Of a DNA stretch of 64,000 nucleotides, positions 37,171 through 49,907 are shown piece by piece. The DNA is taken from positions 54,436,001-54,500,000 of the forward strand of contig NC_043012.1 of the NCBI RefSeq assembly GCF_006345805.1, written 5' to 3'. The notes beneath the pieces are model-generated. The model was not told the DNA's origin. It made no database searches and worked only from the letters and a program-made list of their open reading frames with translations. Position numbers and translations under genes: made by a program. This DNA is from Octopus sinensis (Eukaryota). Position 1 is the first letter of the stretch. Each line of letters begins with the position of its first letter.

Positions 37171-37758
37171 CCCTTTCGTTACCAACCGTCTTGTTTTCAT
37201 AAGTTCTGAATTAAAATCTTCTACCAAACCTTAGTCACAATTTATGTTCCTAACACTAGCTGAATGATGACTAAGTTATTTTACTAAATTCTTTGTTATA
37301 TCTTTATATATAAAAGTGAAGTTGTGTGTCTGTCTCCTAAGATTTAGATTCCTAACTACTCCCACATTTTGCGGTGCAGTGTAACCAAAAGCGGGTATCT
37401 TATAGTCGTGATTCATATCGAGCCCTTCTGGGTATTAGCGCACGTCTACGATGAGTCTACGATTTTTAAAAAAAAATTACCATCATTTTTTCCCATTTTT
37501 AATGCATTTTTTTGCTATTATATAAGGGAAGTAACTCTCTAAAAATGTATTATTAAATCTCAGAACGTAAAAAGCTACAGTAACACCCCGCTCCCTTTGT
37601 GGTTAGCCATATTGAGATGGCTATTATACTCTACATCTCTAAAAATGCTTATATAGTTATTTCCCTTACAAACCCGAGTAACGCCAGGCGATACTGCTAG
37701 TTTAACATAAATTGAAAGAAACACAGAGCATCTCAAAATATATACAGTAACGAAAAGG
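37171..37758 (+). mobile_element. piggyBac-like MITE, TTAA TSD, inside a family C SINE
   Basis: ttaa|ccctttcgttac...gtaacgaaaagg|ttaa. Confidence 0.75.
37301..37700 (+). mobile_element. non-autonomous Helitron (family H2)
   Basis: A|TC...cccgagtaacgccagg hairpin, then CTAG|T; no TSD. Confidence 0.8.
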
Positions 37759-38194
37759 TTAAGGGTTTGCATGTCTGTGGAGCGCTTAGCCTACTTGCAC
37801 ATTAATTTTACAAGCAGGCAGTTCCGTTGATTGGGTCAACTGGAAGCCTTGTCATCATGACCAACGAAGTGCCAGTTTTCTTTTTATGCTATATACTAAC
37901 TTTGCTCGTTTAGGGTAGGTTGCATGTCTTTTCAGGTAAAATAAAGTGGGATGCGGGGCAAAAAGGGTTGAGAAACACTTTTAGAACGTCTGAAACTGGA
38001 ATATAGGGTGGATAAGGGGTATAATTGAAGGAATTGCTGCGATTGTTTTGTGGTTACAGAGAAAACAGGAACAGAACTTGGCTTGCAAGACATAATAACA
38101 CAGGTGAAGAGGAGAAACAGGTAAACTGTATTGTTTATGATGGGTGAAGTAAATGAATGGGGAGAAAATCAGGTGTGGTTGTTGTTGTTGTTGT

Positions 38195-38560
38195 TGCTAC
38201 TGCTGCATGAAGCAAAGGAGGAGGGGGAAGGGGAGGTGGGGAGTGGGAGGATAGGGAAGAGATGGAGGGGAGGAGGATGGAGAAGGGGAGGCAAGGAAGA
38301 GGACAGGGGAGAAGAGGAAGAAGTGGAGAAATAGCAGGAGGCAGAAGAATAGGAGGAGGAAGAAGTGGAGGTGAAGGAATAGGGGAGGCAGAGGAATAGG
38401 AGGGAGGAGAGATGGTGGAAGAGGAGGAGGAGGAGGAGAGGTGGAGGAAAAGGAGGAGAAGAGGAAGAAGAGGTAGAGGAATAGGAGGAGGACAACAATG
38501 TATGTATGTATGGAGAAAGAAAGAAAGAGATGGGAAAAGGAGGGAGTGAGATAGAGAGAG
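38195..38560. repeat. polypurine (GGA/GAA) tract in STOML1 intron 2
   Basis: Almost entirely purine on the plus strand. Confidence 0.9.
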
Positions 38561-38653
38561 GGAATGGGACATATTTAGTTTTTGCAAACAGAAAGCATCT
38601 ATTTCAATATATAAGAGCATATAGAAAGGAATGAGTATATAACTATCACTTAC

Positions 38654-38757
38654 TTTAAAAGCAAACCAAATTGAGATTGGCATTGTGATGAAGAGAAGAA
38701 GGTAGGCTGCGAATATGATTACCCAGTAGCTAAAACGCCTCCAGAAGGAAACTTGGG
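38654..38757 (-). CDS. STOML1: STOML1 exon 2 (hydrophobic hairpin membrane anchor)
   Basis: ctattttgcag acceptor, gtaagt donor, 104 nt. Encodes QVSFWRRFSYWVIIFAAYLLLFITMPISIWFAFK, including the conserved hairpin Pro. Confidence 0.93.
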
Positions 38758-38914
38758 CTGCAAAATAGAAAAAAACGTGCATTCAGGACATTTCTAAAGG
38801 GATTCCTTATTTCAGATCATAGGTCCATGCTTGCAATTTTTGTTTTTAAGTAGTTTTTCTTTTAGCCCCCAAATCAGCTTTGGTTAGAGGGTGGGTCTAT
38901 ACCTATTTCTTTAC

Positions 38915-39135
38915 TACCCACAGGGGGCTAAACACAGAGGGGACAAACAAGGACAGATAAACGGATTAAGTCGATTATATCGACCCCAGTGCGTAACTGG
39001 TACTTAATTTATCGACCCCGAAAGGATGAAAGGCAAAGTCGACCTCGGTGGAATTTGAACTCCGAACGTAACGGCAGACGAAATACGGCTACGCTGTTCG
39101 CCCGGCGTGCTAACGTTTCTGCCAGCTCGCCGCCT
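38915..39135 (-). mobile_element. family A SINE, well preserved
   Basis: Near-identical to 40237-40467 in inverted orientation; CpGs intact. Confidence 0.85.
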
Positions 39136-39216
39136 ATACCACGGTGGGTCTATACCACAAGGAAAATGTGTTTTGCTCAGAAGGACTGCTTTATCGGCAA
39201 GTTTCTCACCAACATA

Positions 39217-39379
39217 GGCATAGGAGTGGCTGTGTGGTAAGTAGCTTGTTTACCAACCACATGGTTTTGGGTTCAGTCCCACAGCGTGGCACCTTGGGCA
39301 AGTGTTTTCTATTATAGCCTCAGACCAACCAAAGCCTCATGAGTGGATTTGGTAGACGGAAACTGAAAGAATCTCGTCG

Positions 39380-39411
<32 letters not shown>

Positions 39412-39625
39412 CATGTGTGTGTGTCTGTGTTTGTCTCCCCAACATCGCTTGACAACCGATGCTGGTGTGTTTACGTCCCCGTAACTTACCGGTCCAGCTA
39501 AAGAGACTGATAGAATAAGTACTAGGCTTACAAAGAATAAGTCCTGAGGTCGATTTTCTCGATTAAAGGTGGTGCTCCAGCATGGCCACAGTCAAATGAC
39601 TGAAACAAGTAAAAGAATAAAAGAA
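39217..39625 (+). mobile_element. family B SINE, full length
   Basis: Head, CORE-like block, (TA)/(GT) tract and tail all present. Confidence 0.85.
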
Positions 39626-40169
39626 CATGGAAATCTTTACTTATATAAACACGCATACACATAATTACATGCATACTACTTGCATATAGACATATCTGTG
39701 GAGGTGCAATGGCCCAGTGGTTAGGGCAGCAGACTCACGGTCGTAGAATCACGGTTTCGATTTCCAGACCGGGCATTGTGAGTTTTTATTGAGCGAAAAC
39801 ACCTAAAGCTCCATGAGGCTCCTGCTATACTTTCTCTCACTCTTTCTTTCTGTTTCTGTTGTATCTGTATTTCAAAGGGCCAGTCTTGTCACACTCAGTG
39901 TCACGCTGAACCTCCCCGAGAACTACTTGTCTGTGGAGTGCTCAGCCACTTGCACGCTAATAAATGAGCTGCAACATCACTGGTGCCAAGCTGTATCAGC
40001 CTCTTTGCCTTTCCCTTGGATAACATCAGTGGCGTGGAGAGGGGAGGCTGGTATGCGTGGGCGACTGCTGGTCTTCCACAAACAACCTTGCCCAGACGTG
40101 TGCCTGGGAGGGTAACTTTCTAGATGCAATCCCATGGTCATTCATGAGCGAAGGAGGTCACAAGAGACA

Positions 40170-41035
40170 TATCTATGCTACATGGCGGTGAAACATGGGC
40201 TATGACAGCAGAGGACATGTGAAGGCTTGAAAGAAAGGCGGCGAGCTGGCAGAAACGGTAGCACGCCGGGCGAAATGCGTAGCCGTATTTCGTCTGCCGT
40301 TAAGTTCTGAGTTCAAATTCCGCCGAGGTCGACTTTGCCTTTCATCCTTTCGGGGTCGATAAATTAAGTACCAGTTACGCACTGGGGTCGATGGAATCGA
40401 CTTAATCAGTTTATCTGTCCTTGTTTGTCCCCTCTGTGTTTAGCCCCTTGTGGGTAGTAAAGAAATAGAATCGCACATGCTCAGCTGGATGTGCAATGCC
40501 AGTGTGCATCTACAACAGAGTATAAGAGTCTTGAGAGAAAGGTTGATCGTAAGAGGCATCAGATGCGGTGTGCAAGAGGTATGTCTGTGCTGGAATAGTC
40601 ATGTGATGCATATGGATGAGGACAGCTGTGTAAAGAAGTGCCGATCTCTAACTGTGGAGAACTTGTGGAAGAGGTAGACCCAGGAAGATCAGATGAGGTG
40701 GTGAAGCATGATCTTTGAATGTGGGGCCTTACGGAGGCAACGACAAGTGATTGTGACCTTTGGTGATTTGCCGTGCTTGGGAAGACTTGTAAATCCAAGC
40801 AAAATTGTAGTCGTGGCCAGTGTCAGTGACATGTAAAAGTAGCCATGCTGGTGACACATAAAAAGCACCCTCCACACTCTCGGAGTAGTTGGCATTAAGA
40901 AGGGCATTCAGCTGTAGAAACCAAATCAAATTCAGACTGAAACCTGGTGTAGCTCTCCAGCTTACCAGTTCCAACCAAGTCATCTAACCCATGCCAGCAT
41001 GGAAAGCAGACGTTATATGATGATGATGATGGTGG
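40170..41035 (+). mobile_element. RTE 3' fragment interrupted by a family A SINE (40237-40467)
   Basis: LHGGETWAMTAEDM*RLER | SINE | HMLSWMCNASVH...DSCVKKC, then 3' UTR and (GAT)n tail. Confidence 0.85.
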
Positions 41036-41051
41036 TGGTGGTCTATATATT

Positions 41052-41103
<52 letters not shown>

Positions 41104-42461
41104 TTAAAAATTTTTTTATATGACATGATTTTTATGTGTGTGTGTGTATACTCAAACACAGTATATGTCCAAAGGTTTTGGTCACCTGTCACCGCCTCTG
41201 TGAGGTTCAACATTCGAACGGTGCTTTTTATGCGCCACTGGCATGGGTGCCGGTCACATGGCACTGGCATCACCCACGACTACGATTTCACTTGGCTTGA
41301 TAGGTCTTCTCAAGCACAGCATATCACCCAATGTTCGAAGGGTGCTTTTACATGCCAGTTAAGCAACACTGGCATCAGCCATGACTGCAGACTCTCTTGG
41401 CTTGACAGGTCTTCTCAAACAGAAGACCATAATCGTCAAGTACTAATCACATTTTGCATCTGCAAAATTTGGAGCTAGTAGCCTGTGAGGTGCCACTTAG
41501 CAGCACACTTACATAACTTATTTTTCAGGAGAATTTGAGCAACACGAAATAAACTGTCTTGTCCAGGGGTATAATATACTGCCCAATCCAAGAATCAAAT
41601 CCACTACATTATGGTTGGGAGTCAAACAGCCTTGTGCTTTCACTAACAGGCATCATAATTAGCGGACTATTACCATTATGTTTTCTGACTTACCAGTTGT
41701 TAACAAGCTTATATAAAGTAACAAATACAAAAACATTTTCAAATGTAGTATCTTGTCCAAGTACACAAGTGATGCCCAGTTCAGGAATCAAACCCATAAC
41801 CTTTTGCTTGTGAAACTAATAGCCTAACAACTAGGCCACAAGGCCTTCTCTGCCAAATGTTACAATCAGTCAAATGTAACTATTATTATTTTTTCCTAAT
41901 TCATCATCATCATCATCATCGTTCAATGCCTGCTTTCCATGCTAGCATGGATGATTTGACTGAGGACTGGCGAACCAGATAGCTGCACCAGGCTCCAATC
42001 TGATCTGGCAGAGTTTCTACAGCTTGATGCCCTTCCTAACACCAACCACTCCATGAGTGTAGTGGGTGCTTTTACATGCCACTGGCACAAGGACCAGTCA
42101 GGTGGTACTGGCAATGGCCACGCTCAAATGGTGTTTTTTACATGCCACCTGCACAGGAGCCAGTCCAGCGGCACTGGCAACGACCTTGCTCGAATGTTTT
42201 TTCACATGCCACCAGCACAAGTGCCAGTAATGCGATGTTGGTAACGATCACACTCGAATGGTGCTTTTTATGTGCCACCAGCACGGAAGCTAGTTAGCTG
42301 CTCTGGCAACGATCACACTCAGATGGTGCTCTTAGCGCTCCAGTAGCATGGATGCCAGTTATCAGAGTGAGGAAAAAATTGTCAGCAGAAGACTTTGACA
42401 CCATGCTTCGTTCTTTTTGCATGCACATCATCATGTACAAACTGCATGAGAAACTAATGTA

Positions 42462-43025
42462 TTGGGTTGTCCGGAAAGTTCATGCCGATTTTTAAAGGAA
42501 AGAAAAAGGCCAATAAATACTTACCATTACATTTTTAATCAACCAAATATGAACCGTTTTGTTGCACAATGCGTCTCCATCTTTCCTTTAACTTGAAAAT
42601 ACCCTCTTCCCAGAATTGAGGTGGTTTCATGGCAAAGAATTCATCAAGGTATCTTTTTACATCATCCAAGGAATTGAAATTTTTACCATTAAGACTATTC
42701 TGCAGAGACCTGAATAAGTGGAAATCTGAAGGAGCAATATCTGGTGAATATGGAGGGTGGGGTAACACATCCCAGCCAAGCTGCAGCAATTTTTATCTGG
42801 TTCCCAAAGCATCAAGTGCCAAGAATGAACTTTCTTATCTTCCATTTTAAAGGGTTACAGAATTAGCACAGGTTATAGAAACATAAACTTTCTTCCACGA
42901 AAAGATAGATTAAACTGTGCTCTAAATGGAGGTGTAGTCAAATCCTATTTTATGGACTCAACCATGTTCTAAAATAAGTCAAAAGGTAAGCTACTAAATC
43001 GGCACAAACTTTCCGGACAACCCAA
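42462..43025 (-). mobile_element. mariner internal-deletion derivative
   Basis: TA|ttgggttgtccggaaagtt...aactttccggacaacccaa|TA. Retains the transposase start MEDKKVH and the C-terminus LPHPPYSPDIAPSDFHLF. Confidence 0.92.
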
Positions 43026-43292
43026 TATTTTTGCTACCGGTATTATTCATGTTGTACCAGTTTGTTGTATCTTGTATTAGCAGAGAAATAAATGTGGCTG
43101 TCAATTTTAACCTCTGTTTTCATATTTCTTGGTGCTCTTAATCATGACTCAGTTGAAACCAGAAGATTATAATATTACCAGGGCCATAGCCAAAACACTT
43201 TGCCCCCGTTAAACTCCTAACCACAAGGCCAGACACTACTCACACCTTCATATAACAACTTTAACTGAAGTAGCAAATATATTTATACTTAC

Positions 43293-43458
43293 CTGATGTT
43301 AAATGAACATCAGCATTATGAGAATTTGGGTTAGAATAAGAGAAGATGGAGCGAAACTTTTTGTTTGTCGGCTCCAAATCATAGTCGAAAGGAGATGAGA
43401 AATCGATTTCACTTTCATAAGGGTCATTAGATGGTATAGGGTGGTATTTCACACTCAT
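43293..43458 (-). CDS. STOML1: STOML1 first coding exon
   Basis: ATG at 43458; encodes MSVKYHPIPSNDPYESEIDFSSPFDYDLEP...HLTS; gtaagt donor; phase 1 matches exon 2. An acceptor (ttactcttttgcag) at 43505 implies an upstream non-coding exon. The nine exons total 1278 nt = 425 aa + stop. Confidence 0.85.
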
Positions 43459-45548
43459 TTTATTGCTTAGTGTTGGAAAATTTCAGTTACTTCAGATGTC
43501 AAAACTGCAAAAGAGTAAGAATAAAGGAAACCTTTTAACATTTAAACCAGCCATATCTAGCCAAAATATTCTATTATGTTTTATGCTCAAACTGGCCAAA
43601 AACAGCTCTAATTCAATTTATTGCATCTTTAGCGACTTCAAATATTGCTTATGAGAAAAAAGGTGGCGACAATGTATTATTTCAAAAGTGGATAAAACAA
43701 ATTCTCATACTGGGGTGGAAGGGCTGAGATTCTAACTAGGGGTGCTGTTTGTTTGTTTGTTCCTTCTCGAGCCATGCCTGGCTCATAAGAGCCGGTTTCC
43801 CGGTTTCTTGGCGTATAGGTTCCCCAACTGGACGGGATGCCAGTCCATTGCAGGTGAACTGCAAGATGCAGGAGGAAAGAGTGAGAGAAAGTTGTGGCGA
43901 AAGAGTCGGCAGAAGTTCGCCATTACCTTCTGCCAGAGCCACGTGGAGCTTAGGTGATTTCGCTCATAAACACACACATCGCCCGGTCTGCGATCGAACC
44001 CGAGATCCCTCGACCGCGAGTCCGCTGCACTAATCACTAGGTCATGTGCCTCCACGCTATGGGTGCTGAGCACCCCATAGCCCACCACCGTAACTACGTG
44101 CCTGGCTTCAATGTCATATATAGCCAACATTCTTTGGAAACATACTTGGCCATGGGGAAATAAATATTGAAATAGTCAATGGTTGGTGACAAGAAGGACA
44201 GAAAATCTGCCTCGATAAACTCTGCCTGATCCATGCAAACACAGAAAAGTAGACGTTAGAAGAATGATGATGGTAATGATAATTATAATACATTATAATA
44301 ATTAAATATATACCTATTTCTTTACTACCCACAAGGGGTTAAAACACAGAGGGGACAAACAAGGACAGACAAACGGATTAAGTCGATTATATCAACCCAA
44401 TGTGTAACTGGTACTTTATTTATCGACCCCGAAAGGATGAAAGGCAAAGTCGACCTCATATATACCAAAGATCGGAAATATGGAGAGAGTCGGGTAGCGA
44501 CAATTAAATCAACCCCTAAAACTTGGTTGGCACTTTATTTGATTGGAAGCATGGGGAACGAACTAAACCTCAGTTTCATTTGAACACGGAACATCAAGAA
44601 CGATAAACTAAATATTGCAAGGTATTTTGAGCATTCTGACCGACACACTAATAACACTGTCAGTCCTTTAATTATTTTATGAAGGTACATATCGTTAAGT
44701 TTCAAAGCCTTTTGTTGTATACTTGCGAAATGGTCCCTGGTACAGTATTTAAAGAACAAATGTATGCAACAATGAAACTATATCGACGTGACTTGTCCTG
44801 TACAGTATGTGCTGATAGTTTGATTAGTCAAAAATAAATGCTCGACAATTTCCAATGGATTTACGATGCCATCTGATGTTTATTGTTAGTGTTATCTGTT
44901 ATTTTCCTGTCCTACCACTTATCTTTTATAATTGCGGAAAACTTAGATGTAATTTTATTCGCGATAATCTAATAAAAAAAAAGAACGTATTTGTAAAGGA
45001 ATGAAAATGGAGAGTAAAAAAAACGAGAATGAAGAAAAAGGAAATCGATAAATAATCAAAATAGAGGCTTGTACATTTCTTCGATAAAAATAAATTATGT
45101 CAGGAGAAACTGGTATTCCTCTCCAAAAACATTTTTGGAACACCTCGAAACACGGTATTACCGCGGGTGATTGCGAGGGTGTGGATAAAAACGTTTTTAA
45201 AGGAAGCAAGAACCACCCACAGCTCGTTATTTTCATTCTACATTCAAAAAATACTCCGTTAACATAAAATGAAAATCAAAATTTTTAGTAACATGATTTA
45301 CTATGTTCCTTAAATCTTTTTAGCCTCTTTTGTTTCTTTTTCTCTTGAAATCATTTTAATGTGTTTTAATAAAAAAACACACTTTTTATCGGAAATTTCA
45401 AGACGCAAATGTTCACCAAAACATCAATCAGATGAATGGTTTAACGAGCAACTAAAAAAACGAAATGCTAGCTAAATAACAACAAAAGTGTTGGGAAGAG
45501 ATTTTGAAGAGAAACGATTATTTGCGAATGCAAAATATTTATATTTAC

Positions 45549-45700
45549 CTCAACAACAAATTGTTGATTGTTTACGATGGAAATAAACCGCCATCTTTTA
45601 AGGGAAGCAATTCCCGTGCAGAGAAATGCGCAGTTGTCTTTCCAACCAACCTTTCGCGCCTGGCCCGGAGCAAAAGGTGTCCAGCTTTGGGCATCAGTAG
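45549..45700 (-). promoter_or_regulatory. putative STOML1 promoter / non-coding first exon
   Basis: CpG-richer, repeat-poor segment with a YY1-like AAGATGGCGG motif (45588-45597) and a candidate AG|gtaaat donor at 45549/45548. The upstream boundary is a guess. Confidence 0.4.
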
Positions 45701-45752
45701 ATAAGGATCTCTGTTACAGAACAACTTAAAAAGATCAATATATAGAAAATTA

Positions 45753-45826
45753 GGATCTTTTTGCTTTAAAGTGTTTAGTTACAAAGAAATTATTTTAAAA
45801 ATCTGCCGGTCAAAGCGAAAAGATCC
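45753..45826. mobile_element. 74-bp mini-derivative of the GGATC MITE
   Basis: GGATC...GATCC with exact 8-bp TSD GAAAATTA. Confidence 0.75.
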
Positions 45827-46165
45827 GAAAATTAAGCACATTTACCTGGACTATACCTGAAATATAGCGTGTTAGATTTGGTGAACAGTAACGAATCGAT
45901 GCCAGATAAATTTGAATTACGGGAAGAAAAAAATATAATATAAAGAAAGCGAGCGGTGTAGAAAGAAGGATACGTCATACAGGCCTGGTACCCGAAGGAA
46001 GAACTGCAGGTGCGCAAAAGAGAAAGAGTATCGTCATTTGATAGTTTCATCTGGTATTTGTCTTCAGTGAGAGTAGATAAGGCTTTTTATGGAGTGCTAA
46101 TAAAAAGACATTTGAGGCTCCTAACACCGAACGATCTCATGAACATATTTTTTAGAAAGATGATG

Positions 46166-46579
46166 GGATCTTTTCGATTTGAACGGCAGTTTTTAACATA
46201 ATATCTAGGTAACTAAAAAATTTTAAACTTCGTATACTGGTAGAATGTGTTTATAAAACAACCTTTTCTCTTGGTTTTATTGAGAAAATTCTATAGCTTG
46301 TAAGATATTTGTTGTTTTTTTTCCTCAATTTCTGCAATTTCAACCAATCACTGACGTCTACTGAGGTAAAAAAAAAAAACATTCTGTGCCGTATGAATAT
46401 GTCCCTTGTTTAAGAAACAGATTGGGTTTATTTACATTTGTGAAGAAAAAAAGATACCCTCCTCCCACCCCTAACCCTAAAACATTGAAATGCAATAGAT
46501 CGATACTAGGGTCGTAATTATGGGAGACAATTTCATATGACACCGCTAGAAAAAACTGCCGTTCAAACCGAAAAAATCC
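46166..46579 (-). mobile_element. GGATC-family hAT-like MITE
   Basis: Both TIRs present; exact 8-bp TSD AGATGATG. Confidence 0.85.
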
Positions 46580-48018
46580 AGATGATGTCCCTAGATGTCA
46601 GAACGCCATGAGTTTGCTCAAATAATTTTGAGTTCCATCCGGAATACTAGATAGAAAAAAAAAAGCCTTTCTGATTATCTGGCTTGGTCTGACAAATACA
46701 CGTGGATTAGTTCCCCATGCGCTGATACACAAGGCAATCGTCATCGCCTGGTATCGTGCGTTTGTGCATCACTACAACGAAAGTCTTCCCGACTAAACGC
46801 GAGTTCTAGCGGATGCAGCCATAACCTTACTTCGTTCTGACTTTCTTATGGTGTTTTCTTGGCAGAGATATTGGGGTGGTTTGCCATTGGCCCACAAGGA
46901 GCTCTCTGCCCCTCGACACATCGTGTTTTTAGTTTTGTTAGTGTTCAGTTTTGAGAGTGTCCAGACATCCTCCTCTCAAGAGTAACAAGCTGCTCATATA
47001 GGAGAGCTGGTTTGGCCCTCGACACTCTTGACTGTGGAACAAATAGTACTGGTTCACATGATACCAGTAGCAGGTTTCATGAACCTATGATGAGATCCCT
47101 GACCTGATATTATACAGTGGTTTTAAATTTCATACCGGTATGTGTGAGAGGCCGAATAAGATGTCATAGATCAGTAGTCATACAGTTTAATACGAAGGAA
47201 TTCGCGGGCAGCGAGAAGGTACTAGAAACAGTCATCATGACAGAATGTGCTATTTCTCTAGTCTATTTCGTGAAAGTTATGGAAACAGAGAGAGATACTT
47301 GAAGCTGCTCGGAGAGGTTGAAGATCGGAGGACACATAACTGCGTGCTTTTCATGGATGGCATTGCTTCCTTGGTAAAAACACGGAAAGAAGTAAGAACT
47401 CTCCTTGCATGACTGAACGACCCTATTAAAATAATATCGACTGCACGTTGAAAAAATAAATTAAGCATGTGAGATTAGCTTCGGGAATTCTTGCTCGGAA
47501 TTGATGAGGAGCTGATTCCAAGATCGGTGGCCAAGTAATTTATTGACCGTGTTTACGTGGGAGTCTTAAAGGATGTCACGAAATGTATTGGTATTAAGAC
47601 CTAGTTGAGGCAGAGGTTAAGTGTTATTGACAATTACAGTACGGCAGGTAAATTTCAGGTGATGCTCCAATGGCGACTCGATGCGTAAACAATTCCAGTA
47701 ACAATATAGGAACGAATGGTAAAGTGAACTATCAAGTTCCTATGAGTGTGGCTTACCCTCCGTTTATATAGTTATTTCCCTTACAAACCCGAGCGTCGAT
47801 GCTTCCTAGGGCTAAACAGCGGTGGTGTAATCCCCTACTGTCACGTTAAATTGACAGTATACAACCATTATATCGCCCCACCACCGTACATATCCCTATG
47901 AGATATTTAGAAATTTAATATTTCTGATTTATTTCAAATAGTTTTGCTATTATTTGACCTAGGAAGCAAGGGAGGCAACTCTGAACTTTTTATTTAACTA
48001 CAACGTTGTATTGTGTCA

Positions 48019-48395
48019 GGAGGCGCAATGGCCCAGTGGTTAGGGCAGAGGACTCGCGGTCGTAGGATCGCGGTTTCGATTCCCAGACCGGGCGTTGTGA
48101 GTGTTTATTGAGTAAAAACACCTAAAGCTCCATGAGGTTCCGGCAGGGAATGGTGGTGATCCCTGCTGTACTCTTTCACCACAACTTCTCTCACTCTTAC
48201 TTCCTGTTTCTGTTGTACCTGTATTTCAAAGGGCCGGCCTTGTCACTCTCTGTGTCACGCTGAATATCCCCGAGAACTACGTTAAGGGTATACGTGTCTG
48301 TGGAGTGCTCAGCCACTTGCACGTTAATTTCACGAGCAGGCTGTTCCGTTGATCGGATCAACCGGAACCCTCGTCGTCGTAACCGACGGAGTGCT
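48019..48395 (+). mobile_element. family C SINE, best-preserved copy
   Basis: A box TGGCCCAGTGG, B box GGTTTCGATTCC, CpG-rich. Confidence 0.82.
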
Positions 48396-48552
48396 TCCAT
48401 CCATTGTGTCTGGGGAAAGTCATATTGTCTTAATGCCTTGTTATCTAACACACTCACCGGTTCGATTTCCACTCATTATATGAATTTTTCTTACTTCTAA
48501 AATTTTCGTTACTTTTTGCAACCTTGTCAATGGAGTGTGTTAGATAATAAGG

Positions 48553-48611
<59 letters not shown>

Positions 48612-48936
48612 GGGGAGCATCATAGCCATGTGTTGAGAGGGATTCTTTGGGGTTTGAATAATTCACCTCTGGAAACATGGGTGGTTCTTTCAACATCCTT
48701 AAACAACCCTAATTCAGAGACCTTTTGAGCGGGATGGGCTACTCAACCTGAAGAAAATTCTAACTGGGCCCCACCTGCAAGGTCATGTGCTGTTTATCTT
48801 GATATGAGATCACCATGTCGCGCACATATGGTGGTGATGCATGTGCCTAGTGTACCCTTATCAGACGGGTAGTCATGGTGGGTATATTGGGCTTCGTATA
48901 TTTTACCCCAGTGTCACTTTGATGGCATGCACTGCA

Positions 48937-49447
48937 TTAATAATGAAATTATTGTATACAGTGCTCAGGTGCACCACAACTTGTCAAAAGTGCATATAAA
49001 GCGTATGCAGTAATGTACAAATGTCTGGAAAGTGAACAGTGTATGAGTCAGATACATGTATGGAGGGGAGAAAATCAGGTGTAATGTTGGTGAATCTCAG
49101 GAAGCATGGAGGTTTTGAAGGATGCAGTGCTCCGACAACTAACAACTGATGCCGGCAGTTTGTTCCATGTTTCAGCAACTCTTAGCGGGAAAAAATGTTT
49201 CCGAAAGTCACGGGAGCTGTGCTGTTTTCTGGCTTTGTAAACATGTCCACGGGTGTTAGACAGGTGGAATTTGAAAAGGTGCTCAGAGTTATTGTTAGTA
49301 AGATGGTTAATAATTTTATGGGTGTCTGCCAAGTCAGCTGCCAGACGTCGGAGTTTCAATGTGTCCATGCCCAGGGAAGTAAGGCGTTCAGAATATGGCA
49401 AATATGACTTACCCCTTAGGCATGACATAATTTGCTTCACCACACGA
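48937..49447 (-). mobile_element. CR1/L2-clade LINE 3' end
   Basis: YSERLTSLGMDTLKLRRLAADL...TRGHVYK...RKHFFPLRVAETWNKLPASVV...SFK, a typical CR1-type ORF2 C-terminus. Confidence 0.85.
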
Positions 49448-49907
49448 TTTCACATAAAGAATCTTGCAAACAAGATTAAAAAAAAAAAACAAGTTTTATA
49501 ATTCAGTTTCATTGTATAACAGTAATTATGGTAATATTGACAGTAGTAGAAGCATTAGCTTTTAAATTTGTTGGCCACACACTCCAAAGGTTGAATGTTA
49601 TCACCAATGACCGACTTTTCTGGAAACTGCCCGCCCCCACAGAGGACACGTGTACTGGAAGTCTCTAGAGATCGTTATTAAAACCTGCCAAGTCTAATTA
49701 TTTTCTTGTGTTATTAAAAAAAAAAATTATTACAAAATATTTCTATATGTTTTTGCGCCTTGTTTCTCACAGTAGCTCTATAACAATTTGGGACACACAA
49801 ACGCCACAAAAGTGTTATTTCAGACGAACTTCTGAGTCGATAGATCTGCTAAAAATAGCAGCCAAAACTGAGTTTCTAGACACATTTGGTCTGAAAAAGT
49901 AATGTGG

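Noticed and set aside
47100-47795. Possible Helitron helicase remnant (RKQFPV-like) ending in an H2-like 3' fragment
   Set aside because: Only a few residues match and there is no continuous frame; insufficient evidence.
48019-48095. tRNA gene (also other SINE heads)
   Set aside because: A and B boxes are present, but there is no convincing acceptor stem and each continues into a SINE body.
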